A DNA stretch of 63,929 bases, the filler included, from Octopus bimaculoides (lineage: Eukaryota): assembly GCF_001194135.2 (NCBI RefSeq). It is 5 parts of 5 records of this genome, joined end to end, with 100 filler letters (N's around TTAATTAATTAA, not from the genome) between each part and the next. Parts side by side here need not be neighbours in the genome. Positions count along the whole stretch, not along the records: positions 1 to 21,843 come from NC_068989.1; positions 21,944 to 31,312 come from NC_068985.1; 3 more parts are not named here. One strand, given 5' to 3'. Every line of letters starts with the position of its first letter. Positions within the stretch are counted from its first letter, which is position 1. The position numbers and the translations under genes were made by a program. Positions 13,390-27,151 of the stretch are shown piece by piece. The notes beneath the pieces were generated by a model. The model did no database searches. It saw only the letters and a program-made list of their open reading frames with translations, and was not told the origin of the DNA.

Positions 13390-14090
13390 CGCTTATCTAT
13401 GAATAATTTCCACAAAGATGTACACTTTCAAATTGAAGGCATAAAGAGAAAATGTCGTTCATGGAATTTATAGTCATTGGAGGCTCTAAGTGTTATAAAA
13501 GGTACGGTTTTTCGAGTTAACGTATCGGACATCTATTTGACACGTTACTATAAGCTTCAACCTTGGAAAGAATTTACTATTTGATGTCGTAATTAGTGTT
13601 TCCGTCTTTAAGTTTCCAGATTAATGCCGAGAGGGTTGTTGTACGTCTCTTCTCGCGATGCGCAAAGATTGTTGTATCTGGATATAAATTTACTTTCACT
13701 GGTCCAATATAACCTTTGATCTATGTTCGACCGTTACCATAGATTGCTGAAGCCCGTTCTCATAAACAACGAAGGTTATATCGCATGACTGCCCAAAAGG
13801 ACATTTAGATTTATAACTGTATGTGAATTCAGTGTATGTTTGAGACGTCAGTTGTTTATTAATATATGTCTTTACATCAGAGAAACGGGGAACAAAGTAA
13901 TTACAATGATGTATCTATTAAATATCTTTCTGTAGCTGATAGGAAAGTGAGTATGTAGTAGACGCAAGAAATTGTACCTACATTTCTCCTAACATTTAGG
14001 GAGTAAGGAGATGCGAACCATAAAACTATGGGACCTATTCTTATGACCAGACGATTGATGAGGTGGAATGTTGTAAAAGAATTTATCAGT
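13390..14090 (-). mobile_element. Degenerate PLE linker plus GIY-YIG remnant
   Basis: Minus strand: IVLWFASPYSLNVRRNVG; KCPFGQSCDITFVVYE..YIG..FISRYNN..TTLSALIWKLKDGNTNYDIK..ILSKVEAYSNVSNRCPI..LEK..INSMNDIFSLC. Confidence 0.8.
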
Positions 14091-14406
14091 AAAGCGGTTG
14101 ACCTGTAGATCCTTATCATAATATGGGAAACCCTTTACAAATAATTTCTAGAAGGAAAAAAATTCTAGAAGGAAAAAAGGAAAATAAAAGACAAGTAACA
14201 CTAAGAAGGAGACATTCATTCCACTGAAAGATCATAAAACTTTCACTACAGAGCAAAATGCAGACTAATGAACCTGGCTTAAACTGAACTAAGTTTAATA
14301 AGAAAAAAAAAAAATTAGAAATACTAAAGATAAAATTAAGGATTCTTTGAACCTGTTGCTATGGAGAAATCCTGGTTAGCTGTATTTCTCCAGACTTATG
14401 GTTTTC

Positions 14407-14498
<92 letters not shown>

Positions 14499-14527
14499 NN
14501 NNNNNNNNNNNNNNNNNNNNNNNNNNN

Positions 14528-14562
<35 letters not shown>

Positions 14563-14602
14563 ATACATGACTGTATATATACATGTGTATGTATTTGTGT
14601 GT

Positions 14603-14844
14603 GAAGGCACGCGTCTTAGATGTTCAACTCACGATCTTAAGGTCATGATTTCGATTTCTGGCAGAGCGTTGTGTCCTTTAACAGGCATAGCCTTTTCACA
14701 TTCTCTGCCACGCTGAAACTCTCCGAGATCTACGTTTAAAACATGCGTTTCAATTGCGTGCTCAGTCACCTTGTACACTCATTTCACGGGAGGGATGTTC
14801 GCTGATCGGATCAACTGGAAAACTGGTCGTCGTAACAGTGCCAC
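14603..14844 (+). mobile_element. Internally deleted tRNA-derived SINE (OR/CORE-like family)
   Basis: Degenerate tRNA-like head; tail GATCGGATCAACTGGAA..GTCGTCGTAAC shared with 35491-35870 and 59316-59696. Confidence 0.8.
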
Positions 14845-16423
14845 CTCATATACGTACACCTATATAATTTCATTCTATAGCTGTTGTGTGTTGGGACAAT
14901 CTTATATACAAGAACAAGCAAACAAACAATAGAGTAGTACTGGATTAAGTTGTATGTGCATGTATTTTATAACGGTTTCACCCAGCTCTGTTTGATTTAA
15001 AGTTCCATAATCGTTCAGACACATCTATCTCATTATATGTTTGAAGGAGGAGTGGAGGGTGTCTAAAAATTGAAGATGGCCATGCATGTTCTCAGATATT
15101 AATGCTGTACAATTTTCCACCTGTTGTGGCAGGTTATTGACAGTAAGCTCGCACCACTATGATGGTAGCCACCGACGATAATGGTTAGGGACATAAATTT
15201 CGTGATATCGTATGTTGCACATGCTAGGTTGAACTGTTGGCCCGAGACCATTCAACCCTCGCACAGAATAGATTTTTAATAATATTGGCGTTAGCAGTCT
15301 TTAGAAGGGAGTAGCCATGTTGATGATATTTGGTTACGACTTGGTTTGCATGACCATCATGTCTATGCTGCAGTCTGTACGGTGGCAGTGTTTAAATACG
15401 CTTATTTTGTGTGGGACTGATATGCCTAGGATGGCATTCTCGTGATGTCGGTAGTTATAATGTGTAATGTCATTAACAAACGTAGACTTATGGTAACCAT
15501 ATTATAGTTCCTTCTTATTAATGGATAATATGTGTTAGTAGAGTATGTGTAGCTTGACAGCATTAAAACCACCAGATTTGAGCTGAGCAAATACAAGGAC
15601 ATGTTTTTATACCAAAAATGAGAAAATTCTTTGATAATTCACGTACGAAAGAAAGAGATCATATTTTTACCACTCTGTGCTACGAGATGCAGTCATTTAA
15701 GAACGATTTAGTCATGCTTTAAAAGAAATAAATATACATAAAAATAAATTAAATTACATTCATCGCTTATGACATCAGATTCGTAAGTTCACGTACTTTT
15801 CTTAGAAATTTCTCGCGCTGCTGGTAGCTGTTTTTCTTCCGATGGATGATGGGCAGCAGTCATGAAAGTTTTAACAGTGCAGCTGCCTTTTGTTCCTCAC
15901 AACGAATGTTAGTATTAAGGTGTGTCTATTAATATGATTTCAGAAATCTTAACGCGAGTTGTCGCAGGAGACGTATCAAATCAATTTCACTAATAGGAGT
16001 AGCAGCTTGTGTTGTAGTTGTGGTAATAGTAAAGGTCATAGAAATTGTAGTAGTCGTAGTTGTAATGAGAGTAGTTTGATCGTTTAAATCTGATGTAAAG
16101 TGGCCATACTCACATAATATAACAACTCATTTTAGTGAAGATGTGATTTTTTTTGAAGTAACAACTGGTATTGACACTTGGGTCTACTACAAACCTACTT
16201 ATGCGCTAGCTAGAAATTACGGTGTATCAAAAAAAAAATCACTAAAAAATGAGAATTTAATCTTTAAATGTATAATAGAAAATTGGAAAAGATGTCTACT
16301 ATTGATACTGCGGCCATTGAATCCAATCATAGTATTGAAGGAGAGGAAGAGCGAATCTAGTTAAATCCTTGAAGCTGCAATTTCGCCACCATTTCTAAAA
16401 CCCCACTTCTGTTGCTACTGCTT

Positions 16424-16499
<76 letters not shown>

Positions 16500-17435
16500 G
16501 GTGATGTCGACAAGTGAGACTAGTTCCAGCGCTTCTACTACGGACATTACCATTGCTGCTACACCTAATAGCGACTCTTTTGTACCACTATTCCCAGTAA
16601 AGAACATAAGACTACCCTCGTTACTAAAGGTGGCACAACTAATACCCATCAGCCATCAAAGAATATCAACAACCAGCAACGAGTTAATTTTGTATGAAAA
16701 ACAAAATTGATTAACGTATTTCAAAGTATTTTATCTANNNNNNNNNNNNNNNNNNNNNNNNNNNNNNNNNNNNNNNNNNNNNNNNNNNNNNNNNNNNNNN
16801 NNNNNNNNNNNNNNNNNNNNNNNNNNNNNNNNNNNNNNNNNNNNNNNNNNNNNNNNNNNNNNNNNNNNNNNNNNNNNNNNNNNNNNNNNNNNNNNNNNNN
16901 NNNNNNNNNNNNNNNNNNNNNNNNNNNNNNNNNNNNNNNNNNNNNNNNNNNNNNNNNNNNNNNNNNNNNNNNNNNNNNNNNNNNNNNNNNNNNNNNNNNN
17001 NNNNNNNNNNNNNNNNNNNNNNNNNNNNNNNNNNNNNNNNNNNNNNNNNNNNNNNNNNNNNNNNNNNNNNNNNNNNNNNNNNNNNNNNNNNNNNNNNNNN
17101 NNNNNNNNNNNNNNNNNNNNNNNNNNNNNNNNNNNNNNNNNNNNNNNNNNNNNNNNNNNNNNNNNNNNNNNNNNNNNNNNNNNNNNNNNNNNNNNNNNNN
17201 NNNNNNNNNNNNNNNNNNNNNNNNNNNNNNNNNNNNNNNNNNNNNNNNNNNNNNNNNNNNNNNNNNNNNNNNNNNNNNNNNNNNNNNNNNNNNNNNNNNN
17301 NNNNNNNNNNNNNNNNNNNNNNNNNNNNNNNNNNNNNNNNNNNNNNNNNNNNNNNNNNNNNNNNNNNNNNNNNNNNNNNNNNNNNNNNNNNNNNNNNNNN
17401 NNNNNNNNNNNNNNNNNNNNNNNNNNNNNNNNNNN

Positions 17436-17470
<35 letters not shown>

Positions 17471-18145
17471 TTCACTGTGTAGTACTTGACTACTGAACTA
17501 TTGAAGTCTATTTTCGTAGTTTCAAATTCAATAAATCATATGACTTTTGTAATTAATTCATGAACAATTTAAAATATGACGTATTTTGTGTGTCGTATAC
17601 GCAATTTTCTTCCATCAGTAAGACATGAATGTATGGCTTCTCTACTGTCCGTGATTGATATATTTTTTCTGTGTGCATGCATACGTGAATTTGTATATTT
17701 GTACGCGTGCTTCTGTGTATGCTGATGGCAAAAAATATTTCAAGACAACGCATTTGAACATTAGTTTCAATGTAATTCTCTCACTGTTTACTATAAATCA
17801 TAAATGTTATTTATATAAGTTAGAGAAGAGGAAATGTGTGATTGTTAGTCTTTAAATGTAAAGTTGGCAGAATCTTCAGAAGTCAAAACAAATATTAGAG
17901 AGTAAACGAACGATTAAACTGTAAAAGATATAGAAGCATTATTAGTTATGATAAATTTAGTATAGTAAATATGATAAATAAGTCTAAAATTAATAATATA
18001 CATACACTATACAAATGTAGAAATAAGCTTTTATGAACATTACATACACATGTTGACACGCACTCGTAATAAATTATATACAATTATATATACATGTATT
18101 TATCCAGTCATACACACAAACGCACACACACATGTGCAGTTTAAA

Positions 18146-18376
18146 GGCGGTGAGCTGGCAGAAACATTAGCACGCCGGGCGAAATGCTTAGCGGTATTTC
18201 GTCTGCCGTTACGTTCTGAGTTCAAATTCCGCCGAGGTCGACTTTGCCTTTCATCCTTTCGGGGTCGATTAAATAAGTATCAGTTACGCACTGGGGTCGG
18301 TATAATCGACTTAATCCGTTTGTCTGTCCTTGTTTGCCCTCTGTGTGTGTAGCCCCTTGTGGGTAGTAAAGAAATA
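18146..18376 (+). mobile_element. Full-length OK-like tRNA-derived SINE with 13-bp target-site duplication
   Basis: GGCGGTGAGCTGGCAGAA..GTTCAAATTCC..GGGGTCGAT body; TSD ACATGTGCAGTTT at 18130-18142 and 18379-18391. Confidence 0.93.
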
Positions 18377-20063
18377 ATACATGTGCAGTTTGTATTAAAC
18401 ATTCTAAAGTTTATCTCTACAAATTTTCTATAGAGAGGTAGCACTGCAAATGCGACGTTTCGTATACGGATATGTTTCTGAAAGCAGAGGGATCGAAGAT
18501 GGAAAAAAAATAGGTAATGGGTTTATATATCCATATTTCAAATAGTTATTTCTCTTTCATCAGCACGACTTCCAACCCATCAACTTTTGTTCAACGCATT
18601 GATTAGATAACCATTGCTCATGTTCCTCCGATCTTGTATACGGAACTTTGTAAATTCTTGTGTTAGCTCTAAATTCTATTGAAAATCTGTAGAGATAATC
18701 TTGAAAATAAAAATATCGCACTGCTAAAACAAAGTATGACACAATATTGACTAGTAAACTTATCGCATAACTGGTAGTATATTACGGTTGCAAGATGAAA
18801 TACTTGCAAGCAATGAACTATTTATACCTTATGCGTTTTCGTCTCATATCCTCCCTCTATTTCTCTCTCTCCCTCTTTCCCTCTATATCTGTCTGTCTTA
18901 TACACCTCCCACACACACATACACCCCCCACCACCACACACACACGCATATATACATCTGTGTGTGTGTGTGTGTGTTTGTGTGTGTTTGTGTTTGTAAG
19001 TATATTTGTGTGTTTGTAAGTGTATTTGTAAGTGTGTCTACGCGTATATTTCCAAAAGAATGATAATGTTTATAAATCTGAAGGCCATTGCCTAACACTA
19101 TATATATGTGTTTATAATATACTTTATAAAAACCTTCTAATCAGAATATATGTAGTTATTATCGATTAACCCCAGGAGCTCTCTGGGAAATCCCCATGAA
19201 TCAAAGAGTTACCAAACCTAGATTTCTGCTTTCTTTAAAGACATAATTTATCTAGAAGGAAATTATTCTACGATTCCTTCAGATAATAAATTAGATTTCG
19301 GTTTGTAATAAATTTGTCGCAATTCAAACGGAAATACGATGACAGAAATAACTAGTTAGTGGTGCGAATTTAAAGAACAAATATACTTATATATGAAATA
19401 CCATACTGTATTAAGGTTTGATATATTAAAATTATCTCTATCTCTAGAGGATGTATCATGATTAACAAATGGCGACTATATTTTACCCCTTCCACCGAAA
19501 ATAAAAACCATATGTACGCGCATGTATTCTCATATACAAAGCGTACAATGTCACAAATTGCTTTATCTATTTCTTTCTCTGTAAGTGTAATGACGTGTGC
19601 ATGCAAGCACTTGTGAGATTCGGTTAGTCACGGTATCTATACATTTAGTCAGTCCGGAAGCTTTTTCCTATACGCATAAATTCAAAGTAGTTTAATGTTG
19701 ACAAAATTTATTTCAAATACACGACAGATCTTCAGCAATATTTTATCTGTTGATTGTCATGATCTGCACGATAAAAAAATTAATCTGTATTATAATTCCC
19801 ATCTTCCGTTTAAGGAAAATAATACGCGCGACACTGTTTCTGATTCTACAGCTTTGAGCAATTGATTGTCCTTTGATATAGAATAATTTTCGTTAAGCTG
19901 TGGATGAAAGAATTGATATATTTATATAAATAAATTCCTTTATATTAATTCTTTTACATTAATGACGTCACAAATTTCATTATCTTACTGTATTGTTAGA
20001 TGAGTGTGCACAGTGTTATATGAGTTTCCATTATATTACATATTGAAATATCTATTACTCATA

Positions 20064-20285
20064 GGGCGGCGAGCTGGCAGAATCGTTAGCATACCGGGCA
20101 AAATGTCTATCGGTATTTCGGCTACCATACGTTCTGAGTTCAAATTCCGCCAATGTCGACTTTGCTTTTTATTCTTTCTGGGTCGATTAAATAAGTGCCA
20201 GTCACTCACTGGGGTCGATGTAATCAACTTAATCCCTTTGTTTCTCCCCTCTATGTTTTGCCCCCTGCGGACAATAAAGAAATAA
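20064..20285 (+). mobile_element. OK-like SINE
   Basis: Similar to 18146-18376; imperfect TSD TATTACTC(A/G)TA. Confidence 0.9.
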
Positions 20286-20298
20286 CTATTTATTACTC

Positions 20299-21315
20299 GT
20301 AAAGAATAAAAAGTTTTGAATGGTACAACAATGCACTATAATACAAAAATAGACTAAATACTTGTAATTTAGTTATCTATAGTCCGATGATATTTCGGAA
20401 TACAATTCCTTCTTCAGATATTCTTAGATGGAGTCTCTGCTATAAACAGTTTACTAACGGCTTTTCCCCCTTTTTTCCCGGAAGTGTCTCAGTAGTGGTC
20501 TCAGGAAGCTCCTTCCGGAATTCCTCATGAGAAGTGCGTGAGGTCGGCTATGTCTCAATCTCGTGTGTGTTGGTATATCTGTAGAGCTGCTTCTATGTTA
20601 TGTGTTATACGTGCAGCTTCTCTTTTTGTGTTGTTATAAACAATACATAAGCATGTTATTAAGAATGAACCTACACACGTCCAAATGTAGCTAAATAATA
20701 TATTGATTACCAATCTCCAGCTTGTAGTTAATTTGGTGTCCTAGTCTGTGTATGAGTAATGCTTCCTTAATTCTTAACTTACCCAAATTTCTTACATTGT
20801 CCTCAATTGTGACTGTTATGCTTTTGTCAGTGTTCCGGCACCTGTCTAGATGTTTTCTGAAGGAAAATAGACTAGAACCCCCAAATTAACAACAGGCTGG
20901 AGATTGGTAATCGATATATTATTTAGCTACATCTGGACGTGTATAGGTTCATTCTTAATAACATTTTCATGTATTGCTTATAAAAAAATAAAAACAGCAG
21001 CTGTACGTATAACACATAACTTAGAAGCAGCTCTACAGATATACCAACACACACGAGATTGAGACATAGCCGACCTCACGCACTTCTCATGAGGAAATCC
21101 GGAAGGAGCTTTGTGAGACCACTACTGAGACACTTCCGGAAAGAAAGAAAAGCCGTTAGTAAACCGTTTATAGCAGAGACTCCATCTAAGAAGATCTGAA
21201 GAAGGAATGTCATCGGAATATCATCGGACTATAGATAACTAAATTACAACAAGTATATAGTCCCCTTTTGTAGTATAGTGCATTGTTGTACCATTCGAAA
21301 CATTTTATTCTTTAC
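20299..21315. mobile_element. PLE inverted-pLTR structure: two ~445-bp inverted arms around a ~125-bp spacer encoding the endonuclease C-terminus
   Basis: 20299-20744 is the reverse complement of about 20868-21315 with scattered mismatches. Minus strand of spacer into the left arm reads DKSITVTIEDNVRNLGKLRIKEALLIHRLGHQINYKLEIGNQYII*. HHR-like cores at 20384-20421(-) and 21191-21228(+). Confidence 0.85.
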
Positions 21316-21530
21316 ATACAATACTCTCTTATTTATTACTCATTAGTATGCCTCTATGTATGTGTAGAGAANNNNNNNNNNATCGGACTATAGATAACTA
21401 AATTACAACAAGTATATAGTCCCCTTTTGTATTATAGTGCATTGTTGTACCATTCGAAACATTTTATTCTTTACATACAGTACTCTCTTATTTATTACTC
21501 ATTAGTATGCCTCTATGTATGTGTAGAGAA
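21222..21530 (+). other. ~150-bp duplication across a 10-N gap (likely allelic contig overlap, assembly artefact)
   Basis: 21222-21371 repeats at 21381-21530 with 2 substitutions. Confidence 0.8.
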
Positions 21531-21810
21531 TACAAATTATAAATTTATACGTTGCTTTCAATACTAGTTTACAACACAATTTTGGTAATTCTGTCTTACT
21601 TTTATTTCATGTCACGATATATATCTAGGTGCATTTAAAATTTATATGCATCTAAAAAATAAATTGAGAATATAATACTATACATACATGCATACATACA
21701 TACATATAGACATATAGACAAACTTGCATATAGACATATAGGCATAGATGCATACATACGTATATTTATGAGTAAGCAAGTGCGACAATTACACACACAC
21801 ACACGCACAT

Positions 21811-21843
<33 letters not shown>

Positions 21844-21943
21844 NNNNNNNNNNNNNNNNNNNNNNNNNNNNNNNNNNNNNNNNNNNNTTAATTAATTAAN
21901 NNNNNNNNNNNNNNNNNNNNNNNNNNNNNNNNNNNNNNNNNNN
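21844..21943. other. Artificial 100-bp scaffold linker N44-TTAATTAATTAA-N44 (also at 31313-31412, 55448-55547, 62712-62811)
   Basis: Identical 12-mer with stops in all frames, embedded in N runs four times (21888, 31357, 55492, 62756). Confidence 0.93.
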
Positions 21944-22323
21944 GCTAATATCCATTATTAATGTAATTTATTCCTATGTCAACATTTCTGTATGAAGCTA
22001 TATTTGACCGTCAAGTTTAAGTCAAACATATAAGTTGCCATACACGTCTTCAGGGAATAATCTTTTAAAACAAACAAACAAATCAAACAAAAAATCAAAA
22101 TTTGGAGATCAATACCGTATTTCTAGATTTCTTCCATATTCTCCTGAAATCTCCTGCTATATTGGTAACGATTACATAGTTTTCTATGAAAAATTATATA
22201 TATATATATATAGTCAATTCAAACATGAACAAGCAAGAAAAAACAGGAAAAAATACGAAAAAACAGCGCGAGGACGTCAAATAAGTACAGTGTTACTGGA
22301 CGCTCAGGAAAGATAAGAGTATC

Positions 22324-23005
22324 AAAATTATAGATAAGAGTATCTAAGAGATACCACCATGCTTGAAATAGTAGTCAAAACCTAACTCTAAAAACCACAT
22401 CAAGTGTTCAATACAGCACAAGGTTAAAAGACAAATAAATGAATAAATTAGTAAATTTGGATAATTCCAGACCCTGGGTTTCTGGCTCTGTATAAAAAAT
22501 ACTTTGCCTTTGTCAATGAAATATACCAAGAATTGTACATAAATACATATATATACACACAAACATACGAATACTCACGTATACACACGTGTATATACAT
22601 ATATATGCACGTATATACAACGACCAGTTCAGTTATCCCTCCAGACACCATGTGCTGTATGGTCAAAATACCACCGCAGTGAATCTAATGACAAAGTGAA
22701 TATATATAAATTTCTATATAATTAAGGATAAGACCGTTATTTTAAGTACCGATCAAGTTAAGTGGCAGCAAGGGAAGAAAAACCTTATAGGTTATAATTA
22801 TTATTAAAATTATAAATAAGGGTATCTAAGAGATACCAGCATGCTTGAAATAGCAGTCAAAACCTGACTCTAAAAAACCACATCAAGTGTTTAATGCAGC
22901 ACAAGATGAAAAGACAAATAGATAAATAAACTAGTAAAAATTGGATAATTTCAGACCCTAGGTTTCTGGCTCTGTATAAAAATGCTTTGCCTTTGTCAAT
23001 GAAAT
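22324..23005 (+). repeat. Direct repeat pair of ~200 bp (22324-22525 and 22806-23005); third, inverted copy at about 28201-28410
   Basis: Shared GTATCTAAGAGATACCA..ATGCTTGAAATAG..TTTGTCAATGAAAT; the reverse complement TATTTCAAGCATGGTGGTATCTCTTAGATACC lies at about 28287-28318. Confidence 0.88.
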
Positions 23006-23259
23006 TATATATATATATATATATATAAAACAAATAAAAGGGTAAAGGATTATTAATTTATTAATAAATTAATAATTAATAATTTTTACCAAGCACTTCG
23101 GTATGTAAACACCATTATCGGTAAAGAACTTATTTAAAAGTTCTTATAAATTTATAAACATACAAGTTACAAGTATTGCTATCTGTTGGAGTTTTAGCAC
23201 TTTAGCTGCTATTTCTGAACTTCGGTATGTGGTGAAGCAACTGTTGCTGATCCCTTAAT

Positions 23260-23299
<40 letters not shown>

Positions 23300-24529
23300 C
23301 ACACATATTTGAGTGTGTATGTAGGGTGTTAGTGTATGCAATGATAACGGGTCATACAAAGGGTTTTCAATCATTAAAATAAATTTAATATATTTATTTT
23401 AAAGCTGAAATTGTCCAAGTTTCACTTTCGCACCGAATCGTTCCAAATGATTGGACATCTAATTTTACCAATGACAACGGCTTCTGAATTGTGTGAATAA
23501 CCGTCCGTATGGTTAAAGACCGATGTATGGATAAAGACCGTTTAAGTAAGTTGTCTATGATAATATTAATCTCGTTGTAATGGACTCGTGCTTCAATTTT
23601 GACGGACTGGATAACCTTTTCATTGGATTAGCGTATTAACGTGCGAAGTGGTTAACTATTTCACAGATACATTTATATTTGACGTAGTTTTCACGTAGAA
23701 TCAGTGTGATCCAAATGTGACGTGGTTAGACCTTTGAATTACAGGCACATTCCATCTGATGAACTTTTGTACTGTTTCGGTCTACCCACATTTCGGTTAA
23801 CAAGGCTGAGATTGACCCGAGGCTACGGCAAATATACTTGGCTAAGATGTCATTCAGTGGGGTCGAACTGAGGACTAGCAGTTGCGAAGTGAACTTTTTA
23901 ATCACTCAGTTATGCCTTCGTATAATCTCGTTGCAGATCGTAACTAAAGATGGCGAATTGATTAAGTCATTAAAGGATCAGATTAGAATGCTTTACTACA
24001 CTCATCCCTGAGCTCCAAGTTCAAAAGCCGCTGAGGCCAACATTTCTTTTCATCCTTTCTAGGTTGACAAATAATGTAGCAGACCAGTACTGGGATCGAT
24101 TTTATTGACATTTCTCTCTGAATGAAATCGACTGTTGCCAGGTTAAGATGCTGAAGATATGGCATATGTTATGATGACCTCCGATGGCTCATAGCAAGGT
24201 CATAGCTATAGTTATTAAACAACATGTTTTAATAACAGCATTTTGAGATAATCTCATACTTGTTTATTTTTTGTTCTGTTTGCTAATGGTTGGGTGTTGG
24301 AAAGGAAGAAGCAGTAAAGAGCTAGATCAAATATTACAAGTTACGTCTCTTAACATCTATGTTCGGATCACGTAAGTGTTCATTTTACGTTTCATTCCAC
24401 TGACGAGGGTAAAATAAGTTTCTCACTAATGGTGCACAGTCGTCCCTTTTTACTTCCATTGGAAATTTCCTGTCAGCCTACACTATTTCATCTTATGCCG
24501 AAGGACCCCTTTCTGACCCACATTTTATT

Positions 24530-24830
24530 GATTCTTACGTACCCAAAGGTTCGGTAGTGACTAACCGCCTGCTTGCTGTCAGTTCTATCATCACTCAATC
24601 CTAAGCAGAAAATATTTTTTTCACTTTCCCTTAACTTTCCATGCACAGCCATCATTCACATACGACTCAAACACAGTTAATCAAGCATTCACTGCACCCA
24701 CAAAGATTTTGTGAGCATCTTCCAATGGTCATATGGCAACTTCATGACTTTCAATATCACAAAGATTTACTATACATATTAAAGAAGCAGTCTTCTTCCT
24801 CTGAATGACATAAATAAATCCCAAAGTCAC
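24530..24830 (+). mobile_element. Very degenerate CR1/Jockey-type RT fragment
   Basis: VPKGSVV (cf. GVPQGSVL) and SIFQWSYGNFMTFNITK (cf. I..W...N.V.FN..KT). Confidence 0.45.
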
Positions 24831-25299
24831 TTCAACGTTATCCTCCTATCTTTTGCAACAACTGTCAAGATAGCTTTTCTGTTGATATAAATTTGGGAGG
24901 AATGTTTGCACAATTCTCACTCCGTAGCTCATCTAATTGCATTGCATCATAGTTGTGTTGTTTAGATTTTTAGGAGATTGGTGGTATGGTCTTTCATAAA
25001 GCGATATATCCCTTGTCAGTTTAGTGCAAACACGCGATCGATAGCCTTGCATTCTAAAACATTTTCTTTTTCTTTTTTTTTTTCCTTTTTTTTTTTTTGA
25101 TATCCAAGTTTTTCACTTACTGCTCGCAATTCGTGTTTAAGAGCAATTAATTTTCACCTAAGGGTTTCTCATAGGCAGTACCCTAAGACCTTAGATAATC
25201 TATCATAATTTCGCACCTGGTAATAAGTGGATAATAATTTACATACCACTAAATCATAATGTCTAACTGTCCAACATTTTCTAAGTTTATCGATAATTG

Positions 25300-25660
25300 T
25301 CTAGAGGGAGGTAATCTTTTTTTCTTTCTTGCTACGATTTATTCCTGTTCCTCCTATATGTTGGTGATTGGTAATCGCAGCACATTATAGTAGAATATTC
25401 ATTGTCCAAAAGTTGAGATTTTTGATCTCTGCTAAACGGTTTCTTAACTATTTGTTGTTCCATCGCGGATAACGTCAGGTCGGTAGGTTTTCTTCCGAAT
25501 CGAGAGGAGTGAGTTCTCTCATATAATTGTTTATTACTGTAGTGTTTGAATTTTATTGCCACTGCTTTTAGTTCTTTATATTCTTTACTCATTACTACTG
25601 TTTTTTCATAATCTGTTACTGCTCGTTCATGTACGACAGCATGCTCCTCTCAATTTTATT
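25300..25660 (-). mobile_element. Degenerate PLE RT thumb fragment
   Basis: ORF 25332-25592 contains IKFKHYSNK (cf. IKFT.E.S) and RKPTD (cf. YRKPTD). Confidence 0.5.
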
Positions 25661-26175
25661 ATTTTCGTGGTACATGTTCTTTACAGTCTTATCAGGAGAA
25701 TAATTCACTAGTCTTGTCTGACTCTTAATTAATGTGCAGGATAGTAAAAAAATTTTTCAACAAATGTTGCTTGCTAACGTAGATTTTTGGGCACTGAAAT
25801 CGGAGTAAGAGTGTTTTTTAAATCTCAGTCTCTCTTCATTCTTTTCAAATAACTAATCAAAAAATCTTCCCTAGAATTTTTATAGAATTGATACAAGTCT
25901 TGGCTCAATTCAAAGGTTAACACAAGCTTCTCTCGATAGTTCTGCGACATGCTATAGCTGACCCTAGTCTCCAGTCAAACCATTGTGTATGTAGTAGTAG
26001 CCCTATGTATTGAGTTTCAATTAATTTTCTGCTATGACCTTCCGAAAAAAGATACTTCTTCACTTTTATTCGAAGGTAATCAATTTTTATCAAGCATATA
26101 TCAACCGCAAAAGATCTAGTATTCATTATAGAAAAATAAATGTCCCTCTTAGGCTGACATGACTGATTTTGGTGC

Positions 26176-26207
<32 letters not shown>

Positions 26208-26580
26208 TGTATCTATCTATCTATCTATGAATGTATGTGTGTGTGTATGCACTTCCTTAGGAGGGATGATAGCCAAGTCAGTTATTAGCATTCCAATTAA
26301 GGTGGTGATCTTAATTACTCATTCTATAGTGGCGAAGGTCTTTATTGAAAGTACGTTATATAATGACATAAATCAATTTGCATGATAAAAATGAGCAATC
26401 GATCGTAAAATGAAAGTAGCTTATCCAATTTACAAATCGTTATTAATAATTCCTATCAGTGATGTGACCTGGAAATCAAGAAAATCTCAGTCAAAATGAA
26501 ATTAAAAGTAGAGTTATTGACCGGTGTTGTCCTTTGGCTCAATGGGTCATGTTTTTAATCCTTTATTTTGTGTATTTCAG

Positions 26581-26675
26581 GCAATTCATACGCGACCAAA
26601 TTTTAGAAATAGCTTGTCGTTACTAAAATTTAACAAAACACTTGTCACTTATTCTGCGATGATGAAGCTACTGTG
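26581..26675 (+). other. Candidate spliceosomal exon B (95 nt)
   Basis: Strong acceptor tttttaatcctttattttgtgtatttcag| and donor TGTG|gtaagt in unique sequence. Confidence 0.5.
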
Positions 26676-27009
26676 GTAAGTCGGATTGGCTTTGGTCATG
26701 GCGCATAGGTGGAGACAGGACACAAACCTCTGAGCTTTGACGGTTCATCTCAGCTGTGACTTATATTATAGAATACACAGTTATAAATCACTAATAATCT
26801 AATCCCATCCGCTTTTTTTCATTTACACAAAGACATATTAAAAGATGGTTGGTTTGAACTTTATCAAAACTCACCGAAAAATGTAATATGTCGTCTTCAC
26901 TTTAACTTTTAAATTGAAATAGAGATCGACCAGAAGTTAAATGGAAAGAAAAAGTTGTAGTTTTGTTAAAATTATCCCAAGAAACTTCTACCTATATAAT
27001 AAATATGGG

Positions 27010-27057
<48 letters not shown>

Positions 27058-27084
27058 GCCGCTGCCGCTGCTGCTGCTGCTGCA

Positions 27085-27151
<67 letters not shown>

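Noticed and set aside
2010-13810. Selenocysteine (in-frame TGA at conserved Cys) in Naiad-like endonucleases
   Set aside because: The conserved Cys positions in the 2.0-2.5, 9.9-10.4 and 13.4-13.8 kb remnants are TGT, TGC or missense; none is TGA.
15950-16710. Thr-rich mucin-like frames on opposite strands (15950-16090 minus; 16400-16710 plus)
   Set aside because: They derive from degenerate (ACT/GTA)n microsatellites in opposite orientations, are closed by nearby stops, and fit no coherent gene model.
18560-18742. Possible minus-strand terminal exon (DYLYRFSIEF..MGWKSC*)
   Set aside because: Plausible acceptor, but no partner exons or recognisable homology; the length is expected by chance.
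23080-23140. HHR-like CCGATAA-T-GGT..ACC-GAAG on the minus strand
   Set aside because: Too many core substitutions and poor stem I and III; at best a dead pLTR relic.
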